Shown here: positions 13,230 to 26,845 of the stretch, one piece after another
Position numbering within the stretch: the stretch's first letter is position 1
Layout of the letters: every line of letters starts with the position of its first letter
NCBI GenBank assembly: GCA_008632985.1
Contig: QPGO01000080.1
Coordinates: 124,001-188,000, forward strand
Length of the DNA stretch: 64,000 nt
From: Psammoneis japonica
Taxonomy: Eukaryota
Reading direction: 5' to 3'
Made by a program: the position numbers and the translations under genes
The notes under the pieces: model-generated
What the model saw: the letters and a program-made list of their open reading frames with translations, nothing else
Told to the model about the DNA's origin: nothing
The model's database searches: none

Positions 13230-14090
13230 GGGCAGTTGCTGCATTGTTGAAAAGCATTGTCTGATGATTGCGACATTTAGGCTGGCTGCAATGCCTCCAT
13301 GGTCATTTGCAGCAGGACCCTGACAGCCTTCTTTTTGCTGGGAGCCCTCTCTTGTGCTCCCCCTGCCTTTTCCTCATGCCTCAAGACAATGGACTCAACT
13401 TGTGAAACACAGGCTGTCCTCACACAACAACCATCAATCCTCATCAACAATTCTCTAAATCATCCAAAGAAACACCTTGCTTCAGCTCAACTCCCTCAAC
13501 AAAGCCAGGCAGCACCGTTGGCCTCTTTTTTCTCCAAGGCATCCTCACTGAGATTCATCGTGACAGGGTGGCCATGGCAAAGCTTGAGAAGTGGGTCCAC
13601 ATGCCTTGATTTGTTCCCAGCTTGCTTGGTGCAAGCATCTGGACAGGCCACAAACAAAATGTCCTTGGACAGCTCATCTTGAAAATCCACATGCTCGTTG
13701 TGCCTGGTGCTCCACTTTTTCCACTTGAGCAGAGGTGTTGCTTGCTCAGAGGACAATGGCATGTGTTGGAGATGGCTGCGCAAAAGATTTTGAGTGTGTT
13801 CCCTCCAGCACCTTCTTGAAAATGCCGCCGTTGACAGCACTCCAGTCAAGATTGGTGGCAACAGCACACAGGCTGCACACATTGCTTGGGCAGTCACGTG
13901 CTTGTTGATTTCCTTCACATCGTCTCTCCAGTCAACCCTTGAATTGTTCAAAAGCATGAAAGACTCTCACCTCCAGATCATGTCTAAAATGTGTGGTTTT
14001 CTCTGAGTTTGATTGGTTCAGCCATTGATGCCATTGTTCAAACTCTTCACAGACAAGAAACAGCAGATGCCCTCCTTGGCAGATCAGTGG
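13230..14090 (-). pseudogene. Degenerate PIF1-like helicase fragment, probably a Helitron relic
   Basis: VDPLLKLCHGHPVTMNLSEDALEKKEANGA resembles the PIF1 LKLxxGxxVMxxxNxDVxxGxANG segment. An upstream frame reads VATNLDWSAVNGGIFKKVL. Confidence 0.5.
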
Positions 14091-14095
14091 CACAT

Positions 14096-14466
14096 TGAAC
14101 ATTTTATCTTGAACATGTCTTCATGAAGACAACGGGACACAGCCGTTCAGCAAAGCATCCAATCTAAAACTGTCTCCAGTTCTAGAATTGGACAAATTAG
14201 TTTTAGGATGGGAATGAGAGAAAATGTCTGAATGACAACGTTTGGACTTTTCATGAGTCATTCTGAAAAAAGTGTCGCGCTGAACATTTTGTCTTGAACA
14301 TGTCTTCATGAAGACAACGGGACACAGCCATTCAGCAAAGTGTCCAATGTAAAACTGTCTGCAGCAGTTCTAGAATTGGACAAATTGGTTTCAGGATGGG
14401 AATGAGAGAAAATGTCTGAAAGACAACATTTGGACATTTCATGAGTCATTCTGAAAAAAAGTGTCG
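14096..14466 (+). repeat. Tandem duplication, two ~185-bp units
   Basis: TGAACATTTT(A/G)TCTTGAACATGTCTTCATGAAGACAACGGGACACAGCC... starts at both 14096 and 14281. Confidence 0.9.
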
Positions 14467-14869
14467 TCCCGCCGATCGACCCTTGCATTGCCAACTCAGA
14501 ACACTTTGTGGCAGAGTTGAAGAGCAAAATGCTTTGATCATTGTGCACAGCATGGTGGCAGCAGGAAGGAAGTGGGTGAGACAAGCTTCTCAAAGTGTGG
14601 GTGGGACAAAAGATTGCTCTCACACTGCAAAAGAAGAAACAACAACAGAGAGACAGGAAACAAGCAAGCAACAGATGACAACGGCAATTCTTTCTGCTTG
14701 GAGTGCAGCCACATTTTCTGTGTTCATTGTCCTTGTTGCTTGCATCAGACTGGTGACATTTGTGCCACAAGATCTGTCATCTCCGTGGTGCGTGATGCAT
14801 GATGGCGGCTCAAATCTTTCTTTGACCAACTTGATTGAAATGACAAAGGGCAATGTGTGATGACTCAAA

Positions 14870-17620
14870 AAATTGCCCCGTTGAGCAACCAACAATTCAC
14901 CTCTGTGCACGGCACAACCTTGTTGCGTCCTCCACCTTGAGTGTGGTGTAAAATTCACACCGTGCATGAGGCACGTTTGCCCAAAGGATGACCTTCCATG
15001 TCAGCGCTGTCATCACGTGTGGTGTCCCACACTGTTTGACGACCTGAGATGCGCTTCAGCTCTGGGTGGGACCTCACACTGCTGAACTGTGACACAATCA
15101 TTTTTTATCATCCGTCGCATGTTTCGCGCACACATTTCTGCATGTTCCATTGTGAAAAATTGTTCCACACTGCCTGTTTTGTGAAGCCAAAGGCTTTCTG
15201 TTGTCCACATTTGTGACAATGAAAATGCACTGGGTGTGTTTTTTAATGTCTGAAGAACACACCCTGGCAGTGCTGACACTTCAGGATGTGGTCTCGGTCC
15301 TCCATTGGGTGTGAACAATGGATGCAGGCATCGGGGCAGTTGGGATTGTAACGATGCACAATCTTGTTGGTGGGGAGCAGGTCCTCAACCAGCTTCACAG
15401 CGCTGACTTTCCTCTGAATGTTCTTGGACATGAGTTTAGAGTGGGACAACCAGTCAATGGATTGAAAGACCTCTTCATGCATTGAGCAAGAGCTGGACAT
15501 GAAGGCTCACAATGCACAATGGACTTGCACTTGGATCTGATGGTGGCGTTGTTGAGAAGAAGATTGGCAGAAAAGTGAGGCATTCTTGGTGCACGAAGTG
15601 TGTTGCCTTGCAACTTTCCATGATGTTGGCCAGCAATCTTGTCTGCGCGCACATTCAATTTGGCTGGCAAGATCAGAGACTCGCAAGCAACCATGGCGTC
15701 TTGATGTCCTTTTGTCCACTTGACAGAAATTGAAGCATCTGGTGATTCCCCGGTTTGTGTTGTGGAACACTCCTCCATTGAGGCAAATGTCTCATTTGCT
15801 GCATCCCAATTGGCCGACAAGGTGTTGGCTGTGTGATGGCAGCAATGCAATCCCGTGCAGCTGAGTCGCTGTCACTCGCAAGCTCATCTGGTGACCTCTG
15901 AAACTTGGAAACGTTTTGGACAATCGCAGAGTTGTCACAATGTAGATCATGTCCGAGAAGAAACTTAGTTTGACAACATTCAGTCAGCCAAATAAGAAAC
16001 CAGAAAAAGGACAACAACCCGCATGCTTCAGCCCGACAAGACAAGGGTCTGAAACCAAAGACGGGAGAGTCCAACCAAATGCAGCATCAGTTCCAATCAC
16101 TGACCCATCGCTGGCAGCTGATGACTGACATGCCTGCAAATGTTCCGCAATCTCAAAGACAGACACACGCAGATGCAAATCTGCAAACAGGCAAGACTCC
16201 CATGGTGACAAGGATGACAGCCAATCTTGGAAATCAGAGTGGACCTGGATCATCTCAGTCAAGTCAAATGGAGCACCGGCACACTTTGTGCACCATTTGC
16301 CATCCCTTGTAGTGTCCACTGTAGCCGGAGAAGCTAAGGGAGAGAGGTCCAGCATGATCTCAAGGGGATCCTCTGTTTGAGCAGCACTCTGAGATGTGCA
16401 AAAAAGCTGAAAGCCTTGGGGTGAAGTGACACACAAAATTCTTCATTTGGTTCACAGCATGCACAACAGGTCATTCTCATTTCTGCAGCTGGAACAACCC
16501 AAGAGCCCAAGGGTTCACAGAGTCTCAATTTGCCGTTTCGGCACAACAGCTGACAGGCTCGTTTCTGTTGTTTCCAAGCTTGTGTTGAGGGATTGGACTG
16601 CTCCACGGGATTTAACGCAGATGCACTGCTGACAACGGAGGATTGGCCAAGATGCTTGTGCCTGTCAAGAAATCTTCCATTGGGCTCTGTGATGTCAGAG
16701 ACAGCAAGGACGTTGAGAAACAGTCTGCAGCAATTGACCCACCTGACTTCTCTGTCGGAGAATTCACCGGAATCTAGGACCATGTCCATGATGCACTGGT
16801 CATTGTCTTGTTGAAGAGGAAGGGCTCCGGTGCTGTCCAGATCCAGGGAAGCATTGATGCAAGACAAAAATGCCCGAAGTGACACAAACCATTTGGACTC
16901 TGAGTGTGGCAATTTGGAATGGACGTCGGCAAGAAAACTTTTTTCCGGTTCCCAAGTGATGCTGAACCCAAGACACCACAATTCACGAAAGGGTCTGGGG
17001 TTGACCAGAGCCTCTCCAATGAGTCAGAAACTGCAGAACTTGGCCCATTCCTTGCTTGACATCTAAGGATCAAAAAACCCCTCCACCTGAGTGGTGTGAA
17101 CCGCACAGAACATCACGTCTCGCATTCCTGTTGTGTCCACATTTCACAAAGACAGTGTGCATTGCCTTTTGCTGGATCTCCAACAATTCCTTCAGGGCAA
17201 AATGAGTGTTGGGAAGAGTGCATGTCATTGCTGACAAGCAGCACGCGAAGCAATGGGTCCATGCCTTGTGGCGGTCCAAGGGGCACGACCGGAGAAAAGG
17301 GCCACATTGTCACTCTTCTTTTCACTGCCTTGCAATGTGTCTTTTGAGTGCCAGTTGGAGCTTTGCAGTGTCCCAGGGTCTTGTGGGAAGAGCAAGGCAA
17401 AAGTTGAGTGCTTGGCCTGCTGTCGGACCTGTCAGCTGAGGAAGTGTCAGTGACAATGTCTTGTTGCATGCTCGAAGATGCGGGTCGCCATCATCAGCAA
17501 AGTTCCATTCAATGACGTGAAAGGAACACTCAGGCAATTCTAACTCGTGGCCAGCTGCATTGAGGCATGCAAGATTAAAGTCAATGCCATGCTTGCATTT
17601 GAATTTGCAAAGCGCTGTCC
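14870..17620 (-). mobile_element. Degenerate non-LTR retrotransposon 3' part (RT C-terminus, RNase H, Cys/His motif), diatom RNase H-bearing LINE type
   Basis: Fragments GHELELPECSFHVIEW, TLGHCKAP, AASDGSV..AAFGW, SCRAEACGLLS, HCDNSAIV, VKWTKGHQD, LNVRADKIA and CIHCSHPMEDRDHILKC. Confidence 0.8.
15057..15269 (+). repeat. ~210-bp non-autonomous interspersed element (copy 2), inserted in the LINE
   Basis: Matches 6115-6325 and interrupts the LINE frame just after HILKCQH. Confidence 0.85.
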
Positions 17621-17949
17621 CAAGGACCAAGCTGGAATTGTTCCCAGGTGCAGCAAAAGACTCACCATGCTTCATTGCAGAATGTGTGACCAAAGGGCCG
17701 ACTGCCTCGCAGACGATGAAAAATGCAAGTGCTCTTCAAAAACCAAACAAAGGATTAGAAGGACTTGCAAAGATGGCAGATTTTTGTGTGATCCTGGTGA
17801 GCAAATCCACTGTCATTTGTCACACTTTTCCTCTCTCCATTTTGTCTCATGCCAGACCTTCCCTCTCTGCTTTGGAGTGTTGCAACAAGAGCCCTCTTTG
17901 ACCGTCCCTCAGAAGACTTCCCCGGCTGCAGCGTCTTCTCTCCCACTGC

Positions 17950-18500
17950 CACCCTCCTCTCCCGGCAGCGTGGCATCACACAGGGAGGAGGAGCAGCACA
18001 AACTGACCTCTGACCTTCCCACCTTGTTGGAGTTGGTCACCAAGGCTTCACCAACTTCCTCTTTAAGCATGAGCAGTTGTCACCCTGGACTGCCAAGAGA
18101 CGGCTCCCACCACAGACCCCACAATGCATGACCCCAATGACATGTCTTGGCTTGATGAGTCAACCCTTCGTCAATGGTTTGACCTGTTGAAATGTTGCCC
18201 CACCACGTTGGAGGAAGTTTCTGCTCAATTGTTGCACCTGCATGTGACAGATTCATCCACTGATGTTGAGCACATTCTCCACCACTCTGGCAGTGACTTT
18301 CACCTTGTGGACAACCTCAGCAACAATTGGCACAAATTGCAAATCAAACTCCTGCTGATGATCCTGCCCAGGGTTCGCGTGTCAGAGTTGAGTGCCCCAT
18401 TTCATTGGATCACTGCTCAGAGGAAGTCTCCATTGCAAGGCAGACAAATGAGGTGCACAAATCTCACTTTGGGAGTCTCCGCCATGTTTGTGTCCCTTCT
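17950..18500 (-). pseudogene. Possible piggyBac-like transposase remnant
   Basis: A short VVGQHFNRSN / IDEG segment resembles the piggyBac Y-N-x-x-x-VD region. Weak evidence. Confidence 0.25.
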
Positions 18501-18699
18501 CTGCTGCTGTTCGTTGAGTTGAAGGGAGAGCCCAATCTCAAGCATGACGGCCCTGATGCTGTCGAATCTGGGAACAGAAGGAGGATAAAGTTTGGTTGTG
18601 GGGGGTGGAATTGTCACCCAAAGGAGCCTGGCTCAACCAAGCATGCTAAGCTGGCTGAGACCTGTGGTCTTGACGCATTCGATTCTGACAAAAACTTGA

Positions 18700-21600
18700 T
18701 GAATTGGCCTGCGCTGTGATGAAGGCAATGGTTGCAGACATTCTGGACTCCATCCAGCTCTGCAAGAACGAGGTGGAACTTAAGAAACTGAACAACCCCC
18801 CACCATTCAATTGGTCTCTCCACTGCAATGAGTGCACCAAGGTTGTTGGCAAGGTGTTGGGTCACCTGTGTCACAGACGCGAGGATTGCATGATGCAGGC
18901 ACTGTGCATGTCATGGGGTCAAGGCTGTGCTGGTCACAAAGACAAAAACAACTGCAGCTGGCACAGACACAGGAAGACGGCTGCTGGTTGTTTCTTCATT
19001 GTTGATGCCTTTGGTGACATTTGGTCCTTCAAGGTTGTTTGCAACAGCAAGAGGATCATCGGGGAGCACTGTGATGACAAGTGCAAATTGCAACCAGTGC
19101 TGACGCGCATTCATCGCAATCAAGCAAAACTGGACCACACCTTGCAAGACATGGATCTCAAGCAGGATGGTCACTCACACCCTGAAGTGAAGCCATCTGC
19201 TGAGACATTCAAGCACTTCCACCTCGATGACAGTCATCTGTGGGACAATGTGATGACAGGCAGGGTGTGTCCATCGGGCTGCCCGAAGTGCACATGGACC
19301 GCCTGAAATTGCCGGCTTTCCCAGTTAGAGACATGCACCTGTCTGCTCCAGCCAGTGTGGTTCATTGCTTCAAGCGCTTTGTGCACCAAGCAGGCCCAAA
19401 TCCCAAAAGGGTGATGTGTCCAGCCATGCACTGGTTGGATGCCCAGTGGGCTGTCATCACTTTCATTGCATTGGTGACAAGCATTGGCCCAATCTGTGTT
19501 GTGAAGGATATGATCCCTTTGTTCTCTCTGTCCAGTTGATGGTCAAGGAATTTAGCATCCCCTTTGGAGACAAACAGGTGGGAAGGATCAGCCCAACCAA
19601 CATGACAGAGAAATTTGAAAAGGTGTTTTTGGATGGAACATCCAATGAGAAGGCCAACTCACTGGTGGATGACATGGTGGATGAAATGTGCCCCGTCCTG
19701 CAATGGATGAACTGGCACATGGACTCAGAAGAGTTCTTGCTGATCCAGTGGAACAACGTTGCAAGGCGGCGTGCATTGTGTGGGCTGACCGGGGCACTGA
19801 TTTCAACAAGATCAGACTGATGCTGGTCCTTCATTGTCTTGCTGTTGCCACCGTGGTGTTGAAGGACCATCCTCATCTCAACAACATTGTTTGTCCTGTG
19901 TTCAATTCAGGAGCTGCTGAACAATTGCAGCACATCAATCCTGGAGAGCAACCTCTTGTTCACAACAGGATCACTGTGGAAACTGGCACAACTGAATTTG
20001 GCAGCAATGGAACTGAGCATCAGCTTTGTGAGTCCTCTGTCAGTTGGTGTGCAAATGTTTATGACCACTTCTTCCGGGGACCCGTTTCCAGCCAAGACAT
20101 CTTCATGTTCTCCCTGGTTGGGCTGCATTTGTGCAAGGAATGTGGTGGCAGCGAGTGTCAGATGATTGCCTGTGTTGATGACAATCCCCTCCTGCACCCG
20201 ACCATGCCCAAAGGTTTTGCCGCCCATCTCGGAAGAATCATCAATTGACGAGATGTTGGAGTGCAGCAAAGCTTGGATTCAACCAAAGACGACAGAAATT
20301 TAGACAGTTGTGGGGAAGCACAGTGGAACAATTGTCGATTGACAATGTGTTGCATTTTACATTGTCGGGAAGCCCGCAATGATTTGGAGTCCTGTTTTGA
20401 ATCAGACTCCACCCTCCATTGCAATGATGACAGCAAACACAGCATTGTTCTGACAATGGAGTGGGAGCTGTCAAACCATCATTCAGTAGATCCAACTGAC
20501 GGGTGGATGAGCGGCAGCTGCCTGCCTTTGACGAATCCAAAAAAAGATTTGGAGTGTTCCTCTGCTGCTTCGGATTTGCACTCAGCAAGTTTGGTGACAA
20601 ACAATGGGGCGATTGATTTGATCAAGTGCCCTTCTTCGAGTGGCCTTTCTGAAATGTCTGACACTGCTAACAACAAATCAGATTCTTCACCGTCTGATTC
20701 GGAATCTATGTTGGCCACTCCAGCTTGAAGGCATCTGGATTGAACGTGTGCAAATTCCGAAATCAAATGCTCGAGTGAGGATCCTGTCATTGTGTTTGTG
20801 TCAATGCAATGCTTTCATTTGTCCATTTATTTTTCCCTTTTTCCTGCAGGAATGATGGTGGCACCTGGCACCTCTGGCTAGGAATGACCCGTCCTGTGAA
20901 GGCGGGCGAGTTTACATTGGACGAATTGTGTTCAGAGGCTGGCCAAGAGTTGGTTCCGTCCATCCAACAATGAAGAGATGAGGCCAGGTGTGTGGCTTTC
21001 GAGGATTTTGCAAACTCAGAAGTGGAGATGTGGGTGTGCACAGTGTCGCTGCAGGATGGAGATAAAACATGCCACATCAACTGCAACGTTTCTGCGAACG
21101 ATTTTGTTGATCGTGTGATTCTCCAGTTTGGTGATGAAATAGATTTTGATGAGTGTGGCTTTGTGCAAATGCAATGGACTGCTTCTGGATGCCGGGAGGT
21201 GAATGGCAGCAAAACACCTTTGGAGAACATTTCTTTTGCAAGAACCTGCGGGGAATGATTCACTGCCTGCTTCATCCAAAGATGCAAAGGTGCAAAATCA
21301 TCATCCCTTTCAATCTGTGGTTGCTCAGACAAGTTTGCAAAAACTTTGAATGCCTGTGTGGTTTTGCTGAGATGTTTGCACTTGACAAGGAGTCATCAAA
21401 AGCACAAGCGGCAATTTGCCAAGTGTCCAGATTGGTGGGCGATTGGAGAAGAGGAGATTGGCTCGGCAAGCCATCGAATCAGGAGGATTTGCATTTGGGT
21501 GCAACGGAACAGCAGATGTGCGACTGTTGTCTGGAAACAGAAAAAGAGAGTCCACAAGGCTTTTGGTGCATTTTTGTTTTCAGAGTGCTGGCTGAACCAG

Positions 21601-22800
21601 ACCCAGAACTGCACTTTCTAAAACAACTTCATTGGAAACAACGGGTGCCGTGCAAAGAGACAATGGCAAGGCAGAAAACAAAGGAGACAAAGAAGAAGGC
21701 TGAAGCGGCTGCTGCAGAGCAGACGAGTCCAAGGCTGAAGGCAATGTTGCAGCTTGTGGGAGCAACTGGGGGGTGTCAGGAACTCCAAAAAGAGATCAAG
21801 GAGGTGGCTCAAACGGAGCTGTTTCTAAAGGCAAAATTCCTTGCCAAGGCAGACTTGGCAAGTGGTGGAAAGGTGTTGCACCTCATCCACAAGAAAATGG
21901 CAGGTGATGAGTTTGGAAAGCGCGACTGGCAGGAACATGGGAGGACTGGGCAAAGAAGTGTGTGGCAAATGCCATCAACGCAAAGAGAAACCAGCAACCC
22001 AGGCTGTGATGAAGAGTGCAATGAGTGGCAAGTGATGTGGAAAACGTTGTGGATGAGGAGTTGCAGTCAATGCCACTGAACCACTTGCCTGTTTGCACCA
22101 GTTGTGATGTCTGTGGAAGAAGCCGATGAGTCGCTGGGAAGAGAGGAGGTGGAGGTGTCAAAGCACAAGAAGAGAGGAAGAGTGCCCAAAAGCAAAAAGA
22201 GGAAAATCCAAGAGCCGCGGAGGAACCGTTTGTTGCAACTTGAGATCACGCGACTGTGGACACCATCGCAAAGGGAAAGTGGGTGAACAAGGAAGCACAC
22301 ACGTGGTTCCGTGACAACACACTAAAGTTCACCAAGAGCACAACGGTGTGGAGAAGCAAGGCAACAGATCCAACTGCAGTGAGCGACGAGGCTCTGGGGC
22401 TGTTGACATTGGAAAACCACTGGAGGACATGGGAACACAAGGCAAAGAAGAAGAAGCTAACTAGACAGGGGAGCAGCATCAATGATGATGAGAAGAAAAG
22501 GGCAAAAAACCACCAAAGCCAGAGCACACAGACCCAAACAAACAGCAGGGCTCCTGGGGTGACAAAGGGACAAAGCAATTCAATGAACTGTGCAGACAAG
22601 CACAAGATGACAGGGCAAGTGCAAAAGGCATGCAGCTTGACACTGGTTGCATGGAAGACAAGAAGGAAAAACACAGCAAGAACAGCAAGAGTGAAACAAA
22701 GGAAAAAAGCCGGTCAAGAGGGTGCAGAGGACACAAGCAACGACTGAGCTGTCAAGTGACAACGAGGCGACACGAGGAAGAAGAAGAAAGGAAAAGAAAT
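18700..22800 (+). pseudogene. Heavily mutated coding remnants, probably DNA-transposon (CACTA/Plavaka-type) accessory ORFs
   Basis: Successive frameshifted + strand fragments, including VSDEALGLLTLENHW..W followed by an acidic tail. Lies wholly in a TA-depleted block. Confidence 0.35.
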
Positions 22801-24156
22801 GGAAGGAATGATGAAGATGAAGGTGACAGCAAAGAGGAGATGGAAGCCATGGTGGCAGAGAGGGTCCAGCAGAAAAACTCACATCCGAGCCTGGCCAAAT
22901 CAATGAAAACAGTGAAATGGCAACCATCGACAAAATCAATTGACACGCACAGGTTTCATCCTTTTCAAACCTGGACATCAACTCAAAATGCAAGTTCAAA
23001 TTAATTTTGATTTTGACTTTTGCAGGGTTGTGGTGCATGCAACGACAGGTCACAATGGGAGACCATTTCACAGACAAAGAGCTCCTCATGGCTGAGGTGG
23101 GGTTGGCACAGTGAAAAAAAACATCACCTGTCACAGACAAAGAAAGTTCACTGTGTGGACACCCAGTGCCCTGTCACAGCACAAAAATGTTCGCTGTGAG
23201 AATGCACCCTTGGTTGCCAGAACGCGCGCTCTGATGTGCTTGATGAGCATTTTGACAGAACTGCAACCAACATGAAGAGACTGTGCTTTGGAGCTCATCT
23301 GGCCTTGATGATGGACGTCTCTGTCCGACTGTGCCTTTCCAGCCACCACATCAAAAATCAGAGTCTGACCCACTTCTGCGAGATGATGGCGCACTTTGAT
23401 CTGTTTCTTTCTGCTGTCCATGTCCGGGTTTTTCATGGAGCAAATTCTGCGATCGGCGCTCATGGCGGCCTCCAAAATGCGAGGTTTCTGGAGGGGAAAA
23501 AGCCAAAGTGCGAACGCAGAATTGCAGGCAATTTTTGCTGCTGACGGATTCTGCAGTTTTTAGAGCTCTTTTGTTGGGCTTCGACTGGATGACTCACTCA
23601 AGGGCATGCTGGTGACACGGAAAATCAGCCACAAAGACAAATTGGCCACTTTTTCGTTTCACGCGTGTGGGAAGCACGGCGAAAGTTTTTCTGCGTCGGG
23701 CCAAGTCGGGCAGTGCATTTCAATCTGATCTGCCTCCGACCTCGTCACCCGCATCATTTACACTCAAGTACGAGCTATTTCTTTTATATATATATTATTT
23801 AATTTACCACAAATCGTTTCTGGCCGATTTTCCGAGCTGCTAGCATGTGTACGGTACCTACATAGCCCTACGTATGTACCCGGCGGCGCCCGTCCGTCGA
23901 GATTTGTTACCCCTCATGCGGCTTCACCTCTGATGACTCTTACAACAACGAAAACAACACTTTAGTGAATCGAGGAAAGGACATAGAAGAAAGGAAGAAA
24001 GCTGCACACAGGTGAAGTGAGAATGTTGTGTTTGTCGCCTCTTGTTTCTGTCATTCACATTGCAGCTCTCGCCTCGCAATCAGCAGGCTTTGTTGGCTTC
24101 TTTCTAAACTGGCCTTTCGTCATTCTTCTATTTAGCCTCTCTCTGTCATTCAGGAC

Positions 24157-25472
24157 ATGGTGGCAGACACGGACTCCCTCCTCATTCACAAAACGCGCCC
24201 CGCTCAGTTCGGGAGTTTTCTCCGAACGGTGCCGTTTTTGTGCGTCACAGGTCTGATGATGCTTCTGCTGGACATTCGCCGCGGAATCGGACTGCTGAAA
24301 TCGACGGTTCCCCGTCAATGGCAGGAGATGCCTGTGTCCGCTGGTGCAAGACCAACAGCAACAGGAGTGGCGGACAAACAAGGTGGTCTCAAAAGATTCT
24401 CTACTACACGGATAATAACAAAAGGACTAATTGGTATGGCTTGGGACAAGAGCCGTTTGCTCAGTGCAAAGTCAAAGGTTGTTTTGCTGTAGAGAATGAC
24501 GGAACGCAGGATCTTAGCAATTTTGATGCAGTGCTCATAAATCCATGGGCTGGTCAGAACGGCACTGATTTTGCTGCAAACAACAGCAGTCAGAAACCGC
24601 TTACCAGTCCCAAACCCAGGAGAGCAAAGTTTGTTTTTTATTCGGTGGAAAGCCCTCAGTATCATTCCGCATCACGCTGGGCGGATGATTTCTTTGACTG
24701 GACGTGGACCTACCGCTTCGACGGTGACATGCAACGGGTTTCGGGGCATTTTCCACCCATCAACCAAGTCAATTCATCACCAGCTCTTTCCCATGACTCT
24801 CTGACCTTTGATATGGACGAGTTCAAAAAGAAAGGTCTCCCACTCATGTCTGACGAGATCAAGGCCTACGCCAAGAAACCCAAGAAAATTTCATGGATTG
24901 TATCCAACTGTAAAGCAGTATCAGGAAGAAACGAGTACGCGGCAGAGCTATCGAGGTACATTCCTGTGGACATCATGGGAAGATGTGGCACCATTTCATG
25001 TGATCGCACTTTGGGAGAAGGAAGTTCGTTTTCCGACAACTGTTCTCAAGCTGTTGAGAAGGACTACAAATATTATTTGTCTTTTGAGAATTCATTGTGT
25101 TTGGATTACGTCACTGAGAAATTCTTTCTGGCTTTTCAGCGAAACGTGATTCCAATTGTAATGGGGGGGAATGACTATACACGCTTTGCCCCTCCACACT
25201 CATTCATTGATGTGAATGACTTTGAAGATGCTGAGCACCTGGCGGAGTATATCCAAAAGCTTGAAGAGGATGAAACTCTCTACTTGTCATATTTTTGGTG
25301 GCGCCAGCACTTTGATTTGCCAGTCCGAGGTAACAGTCGCGAACGCAGTGATCTCAATGGGATGTGCCAGTTATGCGAGAAATTGCACAATGTCGACGAG
25401 GAACATCCTCCCCAAAAACCTCTTAACATCACCCATTGGTGGGACGAGAAGGGAAAATGCCGATTGCCTTGA
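24157..25472 (+). CDS. Alpha-1,3/1,4-fucosyltransferase (GT10), copy 1, with an apparent 1-nt deletion at 24391-24394
   Basis: YKYYLSFENSLCLDYVTEKFF GT10 motif. The N-terminal TM region (24157 frame) matches the paralog up to GGLK, then the frame shifts: CTCAAAAGATT versus paralog CTCAAAAAGGTG. Confidence 0.85.
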
Positions 25473-25796
25473 ATGGTAGATAGAACCCATGCACCAGGGT
25501 GGTTTTTCTTGTCTGCATCAGACTCGGAAGGGGACGCCTGGTCCCTCATAAATCTCTTTTTAATTAGACACTCTATGACTTGAGCCACTTGTGCTGCAAT
25601 GACAACAATGACTCTACTGTAGGTACTTGCGCAGGTCGTGTGTTTTGAAGGGTTAGTGTTGATGGAATTTATACCAAAATTCCTACCTCCAAGCTTTGGT
25701 GTAAATTCTGTTCTTCCAACAGTTAGGGTTAGAAAAACTCAGGAACCCAATGAATCCTGGTGTTATTGGCAGAAACCATAACAAAGGTGTGCATTA
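25360..25796 (+). repeat. Left arm of a high-identity inverted repeat (3' CDS and downstream flank of the fucosyltransferase pair)
   Basis: Reverse complement of about 30398-30832. Confidence 0.9.
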
Positions 25797-26522
25797 TTTG
25801 TCCAATTTGCTTCATAAGATTGTGCAACTTGACATTGTCTCCCATGAGATTGTCATCTTTGCAAAACTAGGCCTGACATTTGAGCAACACCATTGTTGCA
25901 AGGGCAGAGGTGGGCTCCATGTTTGCGGTGACGATGTCAAAAAAAGATGATGGGGTTTGACAACAACAAGCAAATTTCACACCTCAGCCCCCACACTAGA
26001 GAAGCCCATCGATTGCTATCGCTGTATCGTTCAGCGTGCTTGGCAAAGTAGATGATGACAGAGTGATTTCAAACTTTGTGCTTTGAACCCCACTACAGTA
26101 GAGAAACCCATTGCTGTATCGTTCAGCGCGCTTGGCAAACTTTTTGTTGTCTCTAATTTTGCCTCACGACAGTGAGTTCTCGTCTGTTATTCTTCTTTTC
26201 ATCAGAAACTGCCTAAGATGAGCATTTGTGAGCAATGCAAACAACTCAAACTTTTTATTGTTGCTGATTTTGGATTCAGTTAAGGACACTTGATCTGCAC
26301 CCTTGCAGCAGTTTATAGTAGTCGGGGTATGGCTCACCTGTTGATGACATTGCTTGGCGGTTCAGCTGAAGATAAACTGGTTATCGACCACATTTGAAAA
26401 TGATAACTTGTTGTAAGCTGCTGTCGAAATTTGATTATTGAATTTTCAGCATAAAACCACCCGAGACAAGATAAATTTTTAGCTTGATTAACGGAATGTA
26501 CCAAGCCAAATGACACCAGAAA

Positions 26523-26753
26523 ATTAGTCAGAATAATGCAAATTCAAGTGCACAAATAGAAATACCACAAATTCCAAATTTGTAAGTAAACATGCATGTA
26601 GTAAGTCCTGGGATGAGAATTTCCTTTATGCCAAAACACTTAAACGTTAGTCAGAATGTTGCAAATACGAATGCACTAAATGAAATAGTTCCGATTTTGT
26701 AATAAGTAAACATTCACGTAGTAAGTCCTGGGATGCGAATTCCCTTTGCGCCA
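26523..26753 (+). repeat. Diverged tandem duplication (~123-bp units)
   Basis: TTAGTCAGAAT...TAAGTAAACAT.CA.GTAGTAAGTCCTGGGATG.GAATT occurs twice. Confidence 0.75.
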
Positions 26754-26845
26754 CTTGGTGATAAATTCTCGTGTCACATACAGAGATGTGTTGCCATCAG
26801 TTACAACAAAGAATCAATCAGTAAGCTATCAGGATGAAACATTAA

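Noticed and set aside
25720..25735. Telomere-like TTAGGGTTAG
   Set aside because: Fewer than two units, with no array.
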